Origin: a virus
Lineage: Duplodnaviria > Caudoviricetes
Strand: one strand, 5' to 3'
Length of the DNA stretch: 64,000 nt
IMG/VR virus record: IMGVR_UViG_2540341244_000008
Location: 528-64,527 of that record
This document shows, in pieces, positions 18,884 to 28,366 of the stretch; position 1 is the first letter of the stretch; each line of letters opens with the position of its first letter. The notes under the pieces are model-generated. The model searched no databases. It saw nothing but the letters and a program-made list of their open reading frames with translations, and was not told where the DNA came from. Position numbers and translations under genes: made by a program.

Positions 18884-19026
18884 GTGTAGTCTCCTTCAGG
18901 TTTTGCTTGCTTAGCTATTTTATTTAATTTCTGCCTATCAAGTCCGTTGTTGCTGCTTGGTATATTTATTTATCACTTTCAAATTATATATTATCTGGAA
19001 AAAAGCAAGGCTGATATTCGGAACGG

Positions 19027-19058
19027 TAACAGGGGCCGACTCCCGCCGGCCCCTGTTA
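19027..19058 (-). terminator. Hairpin ending the head/tail-tube transcript
   Basis: TAACAGGGGCCG / CGGCCCCTGTTA inverted repeat right after the chaperone stop. Confidence 0.65.
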
Positions 19059-19059
19059 A

Positions 19060-19480
19060 TCATTCATCTCCATTCTCGCCCGGCCCTGCTCCGGCCTGGC
19101 CTCTGCCCGACTTTTCCCGCTCCTGAATCAGCGGGAACACTTCCGCCTCAAACCACATGATCCTCTCAAAAGCCTCAACCCCTTGGCCGTAGATCTCGCA
19201 GAGTCCGGACACGATATGGGCGGGGAGGGGCAACAGCGAGGCGACAGATTGCGCGCCGGCCATGGTGACGATGAAATCCATCCTGGTCGGCCGGTCGAAC
19301 TGGTGCGCGGTCTGCCAGATTTTCCAGGGGATGACGTTGGCCGGGAAGAGCGCGCCCGGCTTCTCGCACTCCGGGGAACCGCAGGGGGGAGGAACACCGT
19401 CAAGCTCGTGCTGCTTGCGACAGGCGTCGCAGTCCGATGCCCTCCCCACATGCCAGCGGCCCCAGGCTAGGAGTTTTTTT
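19060..19480 (-). CDS. Tail assembly chaperone, -1 frameshift extension (gpT-like)
   Basis: -1 frame is open from the slippery site: KLLAWGRWHVGRASDCDAC..LFPAN..PW. Confidence 0.75.
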
Positions 19481-19829
19481 CGGTGGCCTCGACGACCAGA
19501 GCGTCCGCGCGGCGGGATTCATTGAGCACGTCGGCGATGACCTGGGTGTGCATCTCGCAGAGGGCTTCCAGGTTGACCGTGCTGTACTCGATCTCGCCGT
19601 CTTCGCCGGGCAGCCCACAAAACCCCCGAATGACCTGGATCGCCCGGGCCTTGAGCAGTCCCATGTCATCCGAGATGATGTAGCCCTTGCTCCGGGTATC
19701 GTATTCCTGGAACTTCTTGGCCAGCTCCTGGTCTTCGCTGGCCGTCATGGGAACAACCTTCCAGGTGACGCCCGGGGCGGACAGGACGCGGATGTTCATT
19801 TCCTTCGGCTTGAGTCGAAACTGTGCCAT
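19467..19829 (-). CDS. Tail assembly chaperone (gpG-like)
   Basis: After tail tube gene; ends GAA AAA AAC TCC TAG (EKNS). Confidence 0.8.
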   Translation of the reverse strand: MAQFRLKPKEMNIRVLSAPGVTWKVVPMTASEDQELAKKFQEYDTRSKGYIISDDMGLLKARAIQVIRGFCGLPGEDGEIEYSTVNLEALCEMHTQVIADVLNESRRADALVVEATEKNS

Positions 19830-19930
19830 GGTCTTTTCCCCTTTCCCCGTATTTTGCGGGCCGGAAGCGGCCGGGGATTCCGCTTTCGGGCGCGCGCCCT
19901 ATCCGACCCGCAAGATTTATCGTGGCTGGC

Positions 19931-21100
19931 CTAGGTCAAGGTCAGCGTGCATTCGTCCTCGCCGTTCGTGCCCAGGGCCTGGACGTCCACGGAGAGGTTC
20001 ATGGTGGGCGACGGGATGGAGACGGTCGGCACGCCGTACTGGGCTCTGGGCATAGCCAGCGTGGCAATTTTTCCGGCCACGGTGCCGAATTGGGCGGATA
20101 GCGCCCCCGTGCTTCCGGCCAGGCCATCGGCGAACATGGCGGCGTCGACCCGCCGGAAGTAGAAGGCCAGCGAGCTCTTTACGGTCCGGCGATCTTCCAC
20201 CGATTCAGTCGGATAGCCGTTCGCGGTCATCTCGTCGTCGAGGAACTTCATCTTGTCGGCCCAGGTCCAATCCAGCGACTGGAGGTTCTTTGGGGAACCA
20301 AGGACGGTGATGACGTTCTTGCGACTCTCCAACGGCGTGCCAATATACGACGGCGTGGGCAGATACCCCTCGATCTGGTCGTCAATGGCCCAGCCGCCGG
20401 CCGGAACGATTCCGGGAGTGACGGTCATGGTGTTGTTGGTCGTGTTGACGTTGGAAACGGTGTAGCCGTTGGTGGCCTTGTCGGATTTGCTCTTGTTCCA
20501 GATGACTGCGCCGTTGCTGAACAGCTTGGCGTTTTTCACGGTGACCGTCGTGGCGGCCTGGGCAGCCGCGGCGGCCACCTGATCCGTCCCGGCGATGCCC
20601 ATATTCATGAACTGACCGGACAGGGAAAGAAGGACGCCGCCCTTGTTCACGGCCTTGATCTGGCACTGGTCCGCCGAGGAACCAAAACAGAAGCGAGTGG
20701 TGTGCCCCTGTTTGGTAAAAAGAGAGAATCCCGGTTTGGTCATTCCGGGGGAATAGACCACGGAGGTGCCAGCGTTGACTGTCCGAGTGCCGAACAGGGC
20801 GTAGAGAATCGCGTCGCCCATGGGCACGCTCCCGGCCGTTCCCGAGGGGCGCAACAGCATGTCCCCCTTCCACGATCCGGCCGGAGCCATGTCCTGAAAG
20901 CGGTCAGTCACGGACCGGGAGTTTTTGATTTCGGGCGAATCGGTGAAAGTCGGGGACTGGTTTATGTCCCAAAACGATGCGCCCACGATGGCTTCAATGC
21001 CGGTGGCCAGGGGGAATTGGAGCAAGCCCTTCGTTGTTTCCACGACCGCAAAGATGGTCTGGTTGAACGGATTCCCGACGCTATTGGGAAGGTTGGCCAT
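19931..21100 (-). CDS. Major tail tube protein
   Basis: Position, 389 aa beta-rich, ends CTLTLT. Confidence 0.8.
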   Translation of the reverse strand: MANLPNSVGNPFNQTIFAVVETTKGLLQFPLATGIEAIVGASFWDINQSPTFTDSPEIKNSRSVTDRFQDMAPAGSWKGDMLLRPSGTAGSVPMGDAILYALFGTRTVNAGTSVVYSPGMTKPGFSLFTKQGHTTRFCFGSSADQCQIKAVNKGGVLLSLSGQFMNMGIAGTDQVAAAAAQAATTVTVKNAKLFSNGAVIWNKSKSDKATNGYTVSNVNTTNNTMTVTPGIVPAGGWAIDDQIEGYLPTPSYIGTPLESRKNVITVLGSPKNLQSLDWTWADKMKFLDDEMTANGYPTESVEDRRTVKSSLAFYFRRVDAAMFADGLAGSTGALSAQFGTVAGKIATLAMPRAQYGVPTVSIPSPTMNLSVDVQALGTNGEDECTLTLT

Positions 21101-21109
21101 GAAAGCCTC

Positions 21110-21508
21110 CTACTCTCCGGTCCATACCCAAAACGGGCAGGTGACCGTATGTTGCTGGTTGTTGCCGCTCACGCCGTTGTCGGTCGTGTAGGGCTCCTCG
21201 TCGTCGTTGAAAAAGACCTCCCCAATGTCCTGTCGCCGAAAGAGAGCCTCAATCTGCCCGGCCAGGGCCGCGCCGATCTGCACGCCGTCGTCCGGATTCG
21301 TGAAGACTTGGACTTTGACTACGCCGTTGCGGTGGCCGCTGCCGCCTGGGCCCATTTCATCGCTGAAGGCCTTCCCGGGCAGCACCGACAACCGGACCCA
21401 AGGGCCGGCCGGCTGGTCAAAAGACAGGTTGTCGTAGGCCACCGGTGTGGCCGTCCAATTGGCCTGGAAATAGGTCTGCACGGCACGGACGATAACGTCG
21501 GGGGTCAT
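21110..21508 (-). CDS. Tail terminator-like protein
   Basis: VAYDN, WVRLSV, GVVKVQVF motifs. Confidence 0.75.
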   Translation of the reverse strand: MTPDVIVRAVQTYFQANWTATPVAYDNLSFDQPAGPWVRLSVLPGKAFSDEMGPGGSGHRNGVVKVQVFTNPDDGVQIGAALAGQIEALFRRQDIGEVFFNDDEEPYTTDNGVSGNNQQHTVTCPFWVWTGE

Positions 21509-21933
21509 ACCGGATACCCCAGTTCCTGCGCACGCCGGGAAATGTGGTCCGCGAACGACAGCATGGCGTTGGCGATGAAGCCGGATGGCGCGAGTGAGGA
21601 GTGCCCATCCTCAAGCGCCATAAGGTACTCGATGTTGTTGTAGAGCACGTAGATATCGGAGTCTGGCAGGGTCGCGATGATCGCCGTAGCCTTGGCCGAG
21701 ACGTCCACGCTCGTATAATCGCCCGGCGGGAGCACCCAATCGGACCAGTGCGTGTCCAGGTTCCAGGACGCGGCACAGCGCACGGTATCCTTGGGGTTGT
21801 CCTTCATGAGGGCAGAAAGAAGGTCGAAAAGCGCCTTGCGCACAATGGTATTGAGGTCCACCCGCGTCTTGTCGACGATCTCTTGCAAGGCCCGCCCGAA
21901 GGCGTCGGCACTGGACTGGAGGTCGGCTTGCAT
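21505..21933 (-). CDS. HK97 gp10-like neck protein
   Basis: PKDT..AASW, NNIEY..ALEDGHS..APSG. Confidence 0.8.
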   Translation of the reverse strand: MQADLQSSADAFGRALQEIVDKTRVDLNTIVRKALFDLLSALMKDNPKDTVRCAASWNLDTHWSDWVLPPGDYTSVDVSAKATAIIATLPDSDIYVLYNNIEYLMALEDGHSSLAPSGFIANAMLSFADHISRRAQELGYPV

Positions 21934-21935
21934 GC

Positions 21936-22298
21936 TCAGTTCCCTCGCGCTTGGATCTTGTAGAGGAGAGGCTCACCAGCGGGGGCGACGTCCTGCACGG
22001 AAACGATGGTCCATGTCTGCCGGGCATCGACCAGGAAATCTGAAGTGCTCGGCTCGCACCCGAGACCCGACGCGGCGACGGTAAATTGCTGATCGCCCTG
22101 CTTGATGCGAGTGCCGTCCACAAGGCTGGCGTGGTAGCCGGAGGAAACGGCATGGCCGGGAAAATCCGTGGAGACGCCGGGGGCGTTCTTGCCTGTGTTG
22201 GAGTCAAAGGCCCCTTTGGTCACGCGGCGGATGGCGATGGCCTGGCCGGCCTTCTTGATTTGGGCGGCGGCGCGGGATGCGGTGGCGACGTAGTTCAT
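21936..22298 (-). CDS. Head closure / head-tail joining protein
   Basis: VDGTRIKQGD, PAG..LLYKIQAR. Confidence 0.75.
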   Translation of the reverse strand: MNYVATASRAAAQIKKAGQAIAIRRVTKGAFDSNTGKNAPGVSTDFPGHAVSSGYHASLVDGTRIKQGDQQFTVAASGLGCEPSTSDFLVDARQTWTIVSVQDVAPAGEPLLYKIQARGN

Positions 22299-22301
22299 GC
22301 T

Positions 22302-22673
22302 CTATTCCGCCTCAACGAAATCACAGGGCGGCGTCTCGTCGAACCGCACAGCCCGAATGGTGGCGCGGCCTTCGACCAAGGCCCGGGTGATCCGGTGCCA
22401 GCCATCCATAATGAAGCCTTCAGCGTCGAGAATGATGGGGCAATCCATGTCGGCGGCGAGCGCGCGCTTCATGTGCTCGGCCAGGGCATAGGCGGATTCG
22501 ATGGGATCAAAGACCTTCGCACCCGAGAAAAGCGCGATGAGAGGCAAATCGAAGGGCTCCAAACCCTTAGCCCGCTCGATCAAGGACGTGACACGCCAGA
22601 CGCGCCGGCCGTCGCGGAACGTGTTGGAGCAAAGCGGGCTCGGCTGGATCGGGACGGGTTTGTAGTCGGCCAT
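22302..22673 (-). CDS. Stand-alone ParB/Srx-fold protein
   Basis: PIILD..G.IMDGWHR motif. Confidence 0.75.
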   Translation of the reverse strand: MADYKPVPIQPSPLCSNTFRDGRRVWRVTSLIERAKGLEPFDLPLIALFSGAKVFDPIESAYALAEHMKRALAADMDCPIILDAEGFIMDGWHRITRALVEGRATIRAVRFDETPPCDFVEAE

Positions 22674-22675
22674 GG

Positions 22676-23206
22676 CTACCCTCGCACCAACTCGACCGAA
22701 TCCGACGACTTCAAAAACGGCCGCACCAACGCCTCGATCGCCAGGAACCGCGTTCCGGCCGGAGCGCCGTTGGCGTACTGCGTCGTGATGACGTCCACGC
22801 GCTCCATTATCACCTGGCCGCCGCGCTCCAGGTCCGGCAGCATGTCGGTACCGGCGAGGTAGCGAAGGGCGGCCTCACATTGGGCCTGCTTCACGGCCTC
22901 GGGGATTTCGTTGGAGGGCCAGTAATCCGCATAGGCGTATCCAAGGTAATTCACGCCGGAAGACCCGGGCAACGGCATGTTGTAGCGTGGCCAGCACATG
23001 GCCTGATGCACACGGTCCACCTTGTCGCCGAGCCAGCAAAGGCCGTTCAGGTAGCGCCCGGCGCGGACCAAGGCCGCCTCTTTGGCCGCGGCCTCGCCGG
23101 CCCAGGACGTTTCCCCGGATGCGGCGAAGTACGCGTCGGCATAGGCCATATCCACAAAAGAGTTGGCCCCGGCCACTCCGGACCCAATTTCGACGATGAG
23201 TGCCAT
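22676..23206 (-). CDS. Head-tail adaptor (DnaT-like family)
   Basis: MALIVE.G.G..ANSFV, Q.M.WPR, IPEAVKQAQCEAA. Confidence 0.85.
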   Translation of the reverse strand: MALIVEIGSGVAGANSFVDMAYADAYFAASGETSWAGEAAAKEAALVRAGRYLNGLCWLGDKVDRVHQAMCWPRYNMPLPGSSGVNYLGYAYADYWPSNEIPEAVKQAQCEAALRYLAGTDMLPDLERGGQVIMERVDVITTQYANGAPAGTRFLAIEALVRPFLKSSDSVELVRG

Positions 23207-23209
23207 GGG

Positions 23210-23452
23210 CTACGCCTTGTCCTCCTCGTCCACGACGGTCGGAAAGTCGGCCGGCTGAGCCTGAACCAACCCGCCGGTGGCCATGAGCTTATCGCAAGCC
23301 TCGGCCTCGGCGCAGTTGGCATGCCCCTCGGGGCAATCGCACACGGGGCGGCGGTCGCCGGCGTCCTCGGGGTGGATCGCGAAAAGGCGGTAGCGCCCGG
23401 TGCCACGGCCTTCGGCGTCGGCCAGCTCGAGCGGTTGAATGCGCGGCTCCAT
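23210..23452 (-). CDS. Hypothetical protein
   Basis: AAGGAG RBS, operon packing. Confidence 0.55.
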   Translation of the reverse strand: MEPRIQPLELADAEGRGTGRYRLFAIHPEDAGDRRPVCDCPEGHANCAEAEACDKLMATGGLVQAQPADFPTVVDEEDKA

Positions 23453-23454
23453 GA

Positions 23455-23715
23455 CTACTCCTTCGTCCCGGCTTCGGCGGCCTGGATCACGGCCAGGATC
23501 GCGTCCTTGGTGGTGTTGTCCGCGCCAATGGTGATGCCGTGTTCTTTGGCGTAATCGCGAAGTTGCAAGATGGTCATATCGGCCAAGGGCTTGGGCTCCG
23601 CTTCGGCGGCCTCGCCGAACTTGGTGTGCTCCTGCGGGTCGAAATCGGTTTCGTTGATGAGCATCCCCTCGGAGAAGCCTTCGTGCTCGATGCGGACGGT
23701 CTTGATCTGGTCCAT
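23455..23715 (-). CDS. Small protein with Rho-N/HeH-like C-terminal domain
   Basis: MTILQLRDYAKEHGI..TKDAILAVI; AAAGAGG RBS. Confidence 0.7.
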   Translation of the reverse strand: MDQIKTVRIEHEGFSEGMLINETDFDPQEHTKFGEAAEAEPKPLADMTILQLRDYAKEHGITIGADNTTKDAILAVIQAAEAGTKE

Positions 23716-23773
23716 ACTGTCCTCTTTCGGAAGCGGGGCGACTTGGGTCACCCCGCAGTGAATGGTATGGGGC

Positions 23774-24949
23774 CTAGCCCATCAGCCGGACGCCCAGGGC
23801 CGGACGCGGCGCACCGACGCCCCACAGGCAGTCGAAGGCCCACCGGATGCGGTGGAACTCCTCGCGCACATGCAGGCGCAGGGTCAGGCCGGAAACCGGG
23901 TCGGCCACCTGCATCATGTTCTCAATGGGCACGGTGCTGATGGTCGGGTCATTGCCCAGGGCGCGGGAGGCAAAGGCCAGGGCGTCACGATGAAAGGCCA
24001 AGTTCATGACGTGGCTGGGGGTGACGGTGATGGCTTCGCCACCGGCCAGCGCCACGGCCTTGGCCGGGCTGATGTTCAAGGTGATGTCCGAGGCGGCCGT
24101 GGCCTGGGTGGCGTCGGCGGTCAAAACATATTTCTGGGCATCCCCGGCGAAGGAGATGATGTCGCCGAGCTTGAGGGCGCAGGCCCCGGTCGCAGCAGCC
24201 GTGGTGGCCACAATACTGGACAGGCCGGCCGCCTGGACCGTAGCGGCCTTGGCGGCGAGGCCGGTGGTGATGGTGCCGGCGGCATGGGTCGGAACCTGCT
24301 GGTCTTCGTGGAAGTCGAAGCCGAACTTGCGGCCAAGCAGACCTTCGCGCATGACGTTCGGGTCGCCGGAATTCTGGAGGAACTGGAAGGCCTGGAGATT
24401 CATCGCGGCAGCGGCGGCATCCACGTCCAGAACCAAATGCCGGTCCCGGAGGGGAGCCAGGGCCTTGGAAAGCAACTTCCGGCAGCCGGTGGCGTCCGAA
24501 ACCAGTGGGGCGGCCAGGGTGCCGAAGGGCGTGGTACCAGCGGTCCCCATGACCGTATAAAAGGCGTTGGCCGCACTGAAAATGTCGGCATTGATGTACT
24601 CGGCAAGCGCCTTGACGGCGGATCCGACTTCCAGGGATGGCAGCCCCTGGGTGATCTTCGCCAATTCGGCCTCGTTCAAGGTAAAGGCCGCTTCCTTCCA
24701 GCGGTCCAGGGATATCTTGGCCGTAGTCGGGGTGAGGTTGCCCGGGTCCGGGGCGTAGGGTCCGGGAATCACGTCCGTGACAGCGACGGCCGAGGGGATG
24801 GGGATATCGACCGTCGCGCCCTTCTTGGCGGCGTCCACGGAATAGTCGTTGTTGACGATACCCGGCATGGTACAGGCCGAACGCAGGGCCATCAGGCCCT
24901 GGGCAAAGATGGTGGGGATGAGTGCGGTAAGCGTGTTGCTCACGGCCAT
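23774..24949 (-). CDS. Major capsid protein (P22 coat family)
   Basis: GATVDIPIP, NLAFHRDA, FDCLWG motifs; AAGGAG RBS. Confidence 0.9.
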   Translation of the reverse strand: MAVSNTLTALIPTIFAQGLMALRSACTMPGIVNNDYSVDAAKKGATVDIPIPSAVAVTDVIPGPYAPDPGNLTPTTAKISLDRWKEAAFTLNEAELAKITQGLPSLEVGSAVKALAEYINADIFSAANAFYTVMGTAGTTPFGTLAAPLVSDATGCRKLLSKALAPLRDRHLVLDVDAAAAAMNLQAFQFLQNSGDPNVMREGLLGRKFGFDFHEDQQVPTHAAGTITTGLAAKAATVQAAGLSSIVATTAAATGACALKLGDIISFAGDAQKYVLTADATQATAASDITLNISPAKAVALAGGEAITVTPSHVMNLAFHRDALAFASRALGNDPTISTVPIENMMQVADPVSGLTLRLHVREEFHRIRWAFDCLWGVGAPRPALGVRLMG

Positions 24950-24967
24950 TATGGCTGCTCCTTGCGG

Positions 24968-25732
24968 TTATACGACCTTCATTTCTCCGGAAGCGACCTT
25001 GTCCAGGTTCGCCAGGAAGGCTTTCTGGTCGGTCTTGGCGATGGCGCCGGGAGGGGTGACGGTCGCGGGGTTCGGGTTGTTCGGAGCGCCGCCGCCGGTC
25101 GCGCCGGTGCCCTTCAGGATGGCTTCTTTCTGGGGGTAGGCGTCCAAGATGGTTTCAAGGGCTTCGTCGAAATCGGCCAACTCGCCGGGCTTGGAACGGG
25201 AATAGACCTTGTTACCGTTCAGGTAGCCGACCACACGGCCGTCCTCGACCTTGAAGGCGCTGCCGAATTTGGCTTCGAGCAGGTCGGAGGGGATGGCCAC
25301 CTTGTCTTTGACGAACGTGGAGTTGGCGAAGCCACCGGAAACCTTCATGGCGTAGATAATGCCGTCCTTGTCCTGGAGCTGCTTGCCCATGTCGGCCAGC
25401 TTCACCTCGTAGGACTTGGTCGTCTCAGCCCGGATTTCATCCTTCATCTTCTCCACCTCGCCCGCGTCGATCAGCTTCTTCGCGTCGAGGTTTTTGACGA
25501 GTTCCACAGCCTTTTTGGCGGCCTCGGGATCGTCGATGCCGGCAAAAATCGCCAGCTTGGCGGTGGCTTCCTCGGCCTTGATCCGGTGATCCTTGGCCTC
25601 GGCGTTGAGGGCCGAAATCTTGGACATGGCGGCCGGCGCGTCGAAGGGGATTTCCTTCCCGTCGTCGTGAACATAAACCGGCTTGCCGTCCTGCAAGACC
25701 ACGTTTCCCTTGTCGTCCAGCTTGAGCTTCAT
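24968..25732 (-). CDS. Capsid scaffolding protein (DUF6651-like)
   Basis: MKLKLD..G.VVLQDGKPVYVHDDGKE, PGELADFDEALE. Confidence 0.85.
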   Translation of the reverse strand: MKLKLDDKGNVVLQDGKPVYVHDDGKEIPFDAPAAMSKISALNAEAKDHRIKAEEATAKLAIFAGIDDPEAAKKAVELVKNLDAKKLIDAGEVEKMKDEIRAETTKSYEVKLADMGKQLQDKDGIIYAMKVSGGFANSTFVKDKVAIPSDLLEAKFGSAFKVEDGRVVGYLNGNKVYSRSKPGELADFDEALETILDAYPQKEAILKGTGATGGGAPNNPNPATVTPPGAIAKTDQKAFLANLDKVASGEMKVV

Positions 25733-25839
25733 GCGATTCCTCGCGCAATTTGCGGCCTTCCAGCCTGGTTTCTTCGAGGCTTCCGCCCCAGGTGTGAAAA
25801 TTCGTCACAGATTGAGATGTGGCCCACGCTATGGGCCGC

Positions 25840-25877
25840 CATGAGCATCCGCCGCCCCCTCGGTGCAAATATTTTGA
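25840..25877 (-). promoter_or_regulatory. Putative late-promoter motif, copy 2 (capsid module)
   Basis: + strand CATGAGCATCCGCCGCCCCCTCGGTGCAAATATTTTGA. Confidence 0.75.
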
Positions 25878-25971
25878 GGGACGGATGGCAGGCCGGGCCA
25901 GGGCTGAAGCAAGCGGACAGGGTGCGGAGGGGGATAGGGGTGATTTGTTGATTGCGGAAAATAAAATTCTA

Positions 25972-25999
25972 TTGACAAAATTTTTGACGTTGGTATTTT
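25972..25999 (+). promoter_or_regulatory. Strong sigma70 promoter of accessory operon
   Basis: AT-rich UP element, TTGACA, 16 bp, TGn-TATTTT. Confidence 0.65.
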
Positions 26000-26051
26000 A
26001 TTTTTAACGAAAGCGGGAATGGCCCGCCGAGACAAACCAAGGGGGGAGGGT

Positions 26052-26393
26052 ATGGCCACCGCTTACCAGCTTATGTGCAAGCAGGCCCAGGGATTCATGA
26101 CCGCATACCAGACGGACCTAAGCGTACACGACAGGCAATCATTAAAGGCAACTAAGGGGTTCTTTCTTTGGTGCCTCCGCGCAATGGGGACGCATATCTA
26201 TTTCAAGAACTGGAAATACGACGGCGACCTCATGTTTCCCCTCCGCTGCGAAGAGTCTGAACATAAATTTTTCTTGGGGTACAACATTCCTGGGGAGCAC
26301 TCGCTTGTGCAAATAACCCCGCAAGAAGCCCTGGAGCTGTTTGAAAAGTGGACTAAGACGACGAAAAAAGCCCCCACCGGCGGCAACCAGTAG
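26052..26393 (+). CDS. Hypothetical protein
   Basis: GGAGG RBS; first gene after the promoter. Confidence 0.65.
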   Translation: MATAYQLMCKQAQGFMTAYQTDLSVHDRQSLKATKGFFLWCLRAMGTHIYFKNWKYDGDLMFPLRCEESEHKFFLGYNIPGEHSLVQITPQEALELFEKWTKTTKKAPTGGNQ

Positions 26394-26432
26394 GGGCTGA
26401 GAGTGAAACAAGGGCGTACCCCGATTCCGAGC
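26364..26432 (-). ncRNA. Candidate small antisense RNA
   Basis: Minus-strand TTGCCT-17bp-TACCCT (26467-26439); terminator stem with UUGCCG loop and U-tract. Confidence 0.55.
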
Positions 26433-26479
26433 ATGAAGAGGGTAGGCCCGCAACCGCCGAAAGGCAAGAGGTGAAAGCA

Positions 26480-27295
26480 ATGACCTACCCCCTGAGCAAC
26501 GAACAGCTTGAACGCGTGGCCCCGGCGATTTTCGCGGAAACACCTTGGGATGAGGTCTCCGCGCGGTACGTGTTTGTACCGACCTCGACCGTGGTGGAGA
26601 TGCTCCGCCGAGAAGGTTTCGAACCCGTGCGCGCTATGCAGTCCCGGACCCGCATTGAGGGCAAACAGGGCTTTACGAAGCACCTGCTCCGGTTCCGTCA
26701 CCGGGATTTCTTGATGGACCGCAGCTTGACCCCGGACGATCTCGGAACGCTCATCCCGGAAATCGTGGTGACCAACAGCCACGACCGAGGGAGCGCGTTC
26801 AAGGTGGATCTGGGCATCTTTCGGTTGGTTTGCACCAACGGCATGGTGGTTGGTGACCATCTATGCCCGCCCGTCTCCATCCGCCACTCGGGCCGGCCGG
26901 ACGACGTGATCGACGCCGCTTTCGAGGTGATCGGACACGCGCCGGCCGCCCTGGATGCGGCTCGCGAAATGCGCGCCCTGACCCTGGCCCCGGGCGAACA
27001 GGCTGCCTTTGCTACGGCGGCCCGAGAACTGCGCTGGCCGACCGATGACGCCGCGACCGCCCGCGTGGAGCCGGAAAGCCTGCTGCGCCCGCGCCGCTGG
27101 GACGACAAGGGGAATGACCTGTGGGCCGTGCTCAACCGGGCCCAGGAAAATATTCTCAAGGGCGGCGTGAAGGTGCGTGGGGCCGATGGTAAGCCCCGCC
27201 GTGCGACGGCGGTCGCCAGTGTGGATGGCGACCGCAAGCTGAATAAGGCCCTGTGGACCCTGGCCGAGGAAATGCGCCGGATCAAGGCCGCGTAG
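26480..27295 (+). CDS. DUF932/DUF945-family protein
   Basis: FTKHLLRFR, NSHD.GSAF, GIFRLVCTNG, LNKALWTLAE. Confidence 0.9.
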   Translation: MTYPLSNEQLERVAPAIFAETPWDEVSARYVFVPTSTVVEMLRREGFEPVRAMQSRTRIEGKQGFTKHLLRFRHRDFLMDRSLTPDDLGTLIPEIVVTNSHDRGSAFKVDLGIFRLVCTNGMVVGDHLCPPVSIRHSGRPDDVIDAAFEVIGHAPAALDAAREMRALTLAPGEQAAFATAARELRWPTDDAATARVEPESLLRPRRWDDKGNDLWAVLNRAQENILKGGVKVRGADGKPRRATAVASVDGDRKLNKALWTLAEEMRRIKAA

Positions 27296-27348
27296 CGCGA
27301 GAAAGGCCGGGGAGGGGGAAGCCTCTCCCCGGCCAGGAGACACAAACC

Positions 27349-28140
27349 ATGAATGAACTCATGCCGCGCCAAACGCTCCAGGCCCTGGCCGACAACCACG
27401 CGACCGTTGCCGCCCTGGTGGAAGACGCCTTCCGTAAGCTCGGGGAGGCCAAGCGGGTCATGAAAGTCGCGCTCGGCCAAAGCCATGACAGCCTTTTTCA
27501 TGATCGGATCAGCGACTATTGGCTTGATGAGCCAGACAAGCCCACAAGCGCCATGCGCGAATCCTTGACCACGATCCAGGAGAACTTTTGGCGTTACACG
27601 CTCCAGCAATCCGGCATACGCCACATGATGGGCCCGGAGGATCGGGAGCGCATGGACAAAATGTTTCGGGACCACACGACCCCGAGCTTCACCGAGGGTA
27701 ATCTTCTCGCTACGCTGCGAGGCCTCTACGAGAGCCGAGACGACATCGCCCGGGCCTGTGTCGAAAGCTGCTACCGTCGGCTTCGGCCTTGTCGGTGGGA
27801 TAGGCAGCACAAGACCAACAGCCCATGGAAGGTAGGGCCGAAGGTCATTATCGAACGGGTTTTCGGCGTGGGGAGCTGGATTGACCGCGAGGACCTCCTA
27901 TCAGACCTGGATAAGGTGTTTCACGCCCTTGATGGCAAGGGGTTCCCTGTGTACCCGGGAAACTTCGTGACGGCGGTGAAGAGCGCGGCCAGGACGAAAC
28001 GGCAGGGACTTGAAACCGAATATTTTGACTGCCGGGCCTATTTCAAGACCGGCACGCTTCACGTAAAGTTCAAGCGGCCTGACCTCGTGGCCCGCTTCAA
28101 CAGGGTCGGGGCGGGAGAGTCGAATAACCTTGGCGGATAG
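27349..28140 (+). CDS. DUF4942-like protein
   Basis: KTN.PWKVGPKVII, DLDKVFHALDGK, ETEYF..R.YFK.GTLH.KFKRPDLV. Confidence 0.75.
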   Translation: MNELMPRQTLQALADNHATVAALVEDAFRKLGEAKRVMKVALGQSHDSLFHDRISDYWLDEPDKPTSAMRESLTTIQENFWRYTLQQSGIRHMMGPEDRERMDKMFRDHTTPSFTEGNLLATLRGLYESRDDIARACVESCYRRLRPCRWDRQHKTNSPWKVGPKVIIERVFGVGSWIDREDLLSDLDKVFHALDGKGFPVYPGNFVTAVKSAARTKRQGLETEYFDCRAYFKTGTLHVKFKRPDLVARFNRVGAGESNNLGG

Positions 28141-28174
28141 TGTAGGTGAGGGACGTCCTTTTCCCGGGAGTTTT

Positions 28175-28357
28175 ATGGACCCAAAGACGCTTCAAGAAAT
28201 CGTTTTCAATACCCTGGAGCAACACGGCGAGGAAGAGGGTCGGAAGATATTGATCGCTCGCCTAGATACCGACGAAGCTTTCAGGGACGCGGCCACGCTT
28301 TATGGCCTGGTGATTCTTCAGGCCGAGGCCGAATCCGAAGCTGCGCCGAAACAGTAG
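28175..28357 (+). CDS. Small hypothetical protein
   Basis: GGGAG RBS, operon position. Confidence 0.55.
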   Translation: MDPKTLQEIVFNTLEQHGEEEGRKILIARLDTDEAFRDAATLYGLVILQAEAESEAAPKQ

Positions 28358-28366
28358 GGGGGATGG

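Noticed and set aside
23762-25951. 729-aa + strand ORF and similar long antisense ORFs (7818, 11912, 46826, 55850, 57087)
   Set aside because: Shadow frames of well-supported genes in GC-rich DNA
26395-26466. Hammerhead-like CTGAGA..GAAAC / TGAAGAG..GAAA words
   Set aside because: Stems I-III cannot be built; region is explained by the antisense promoter
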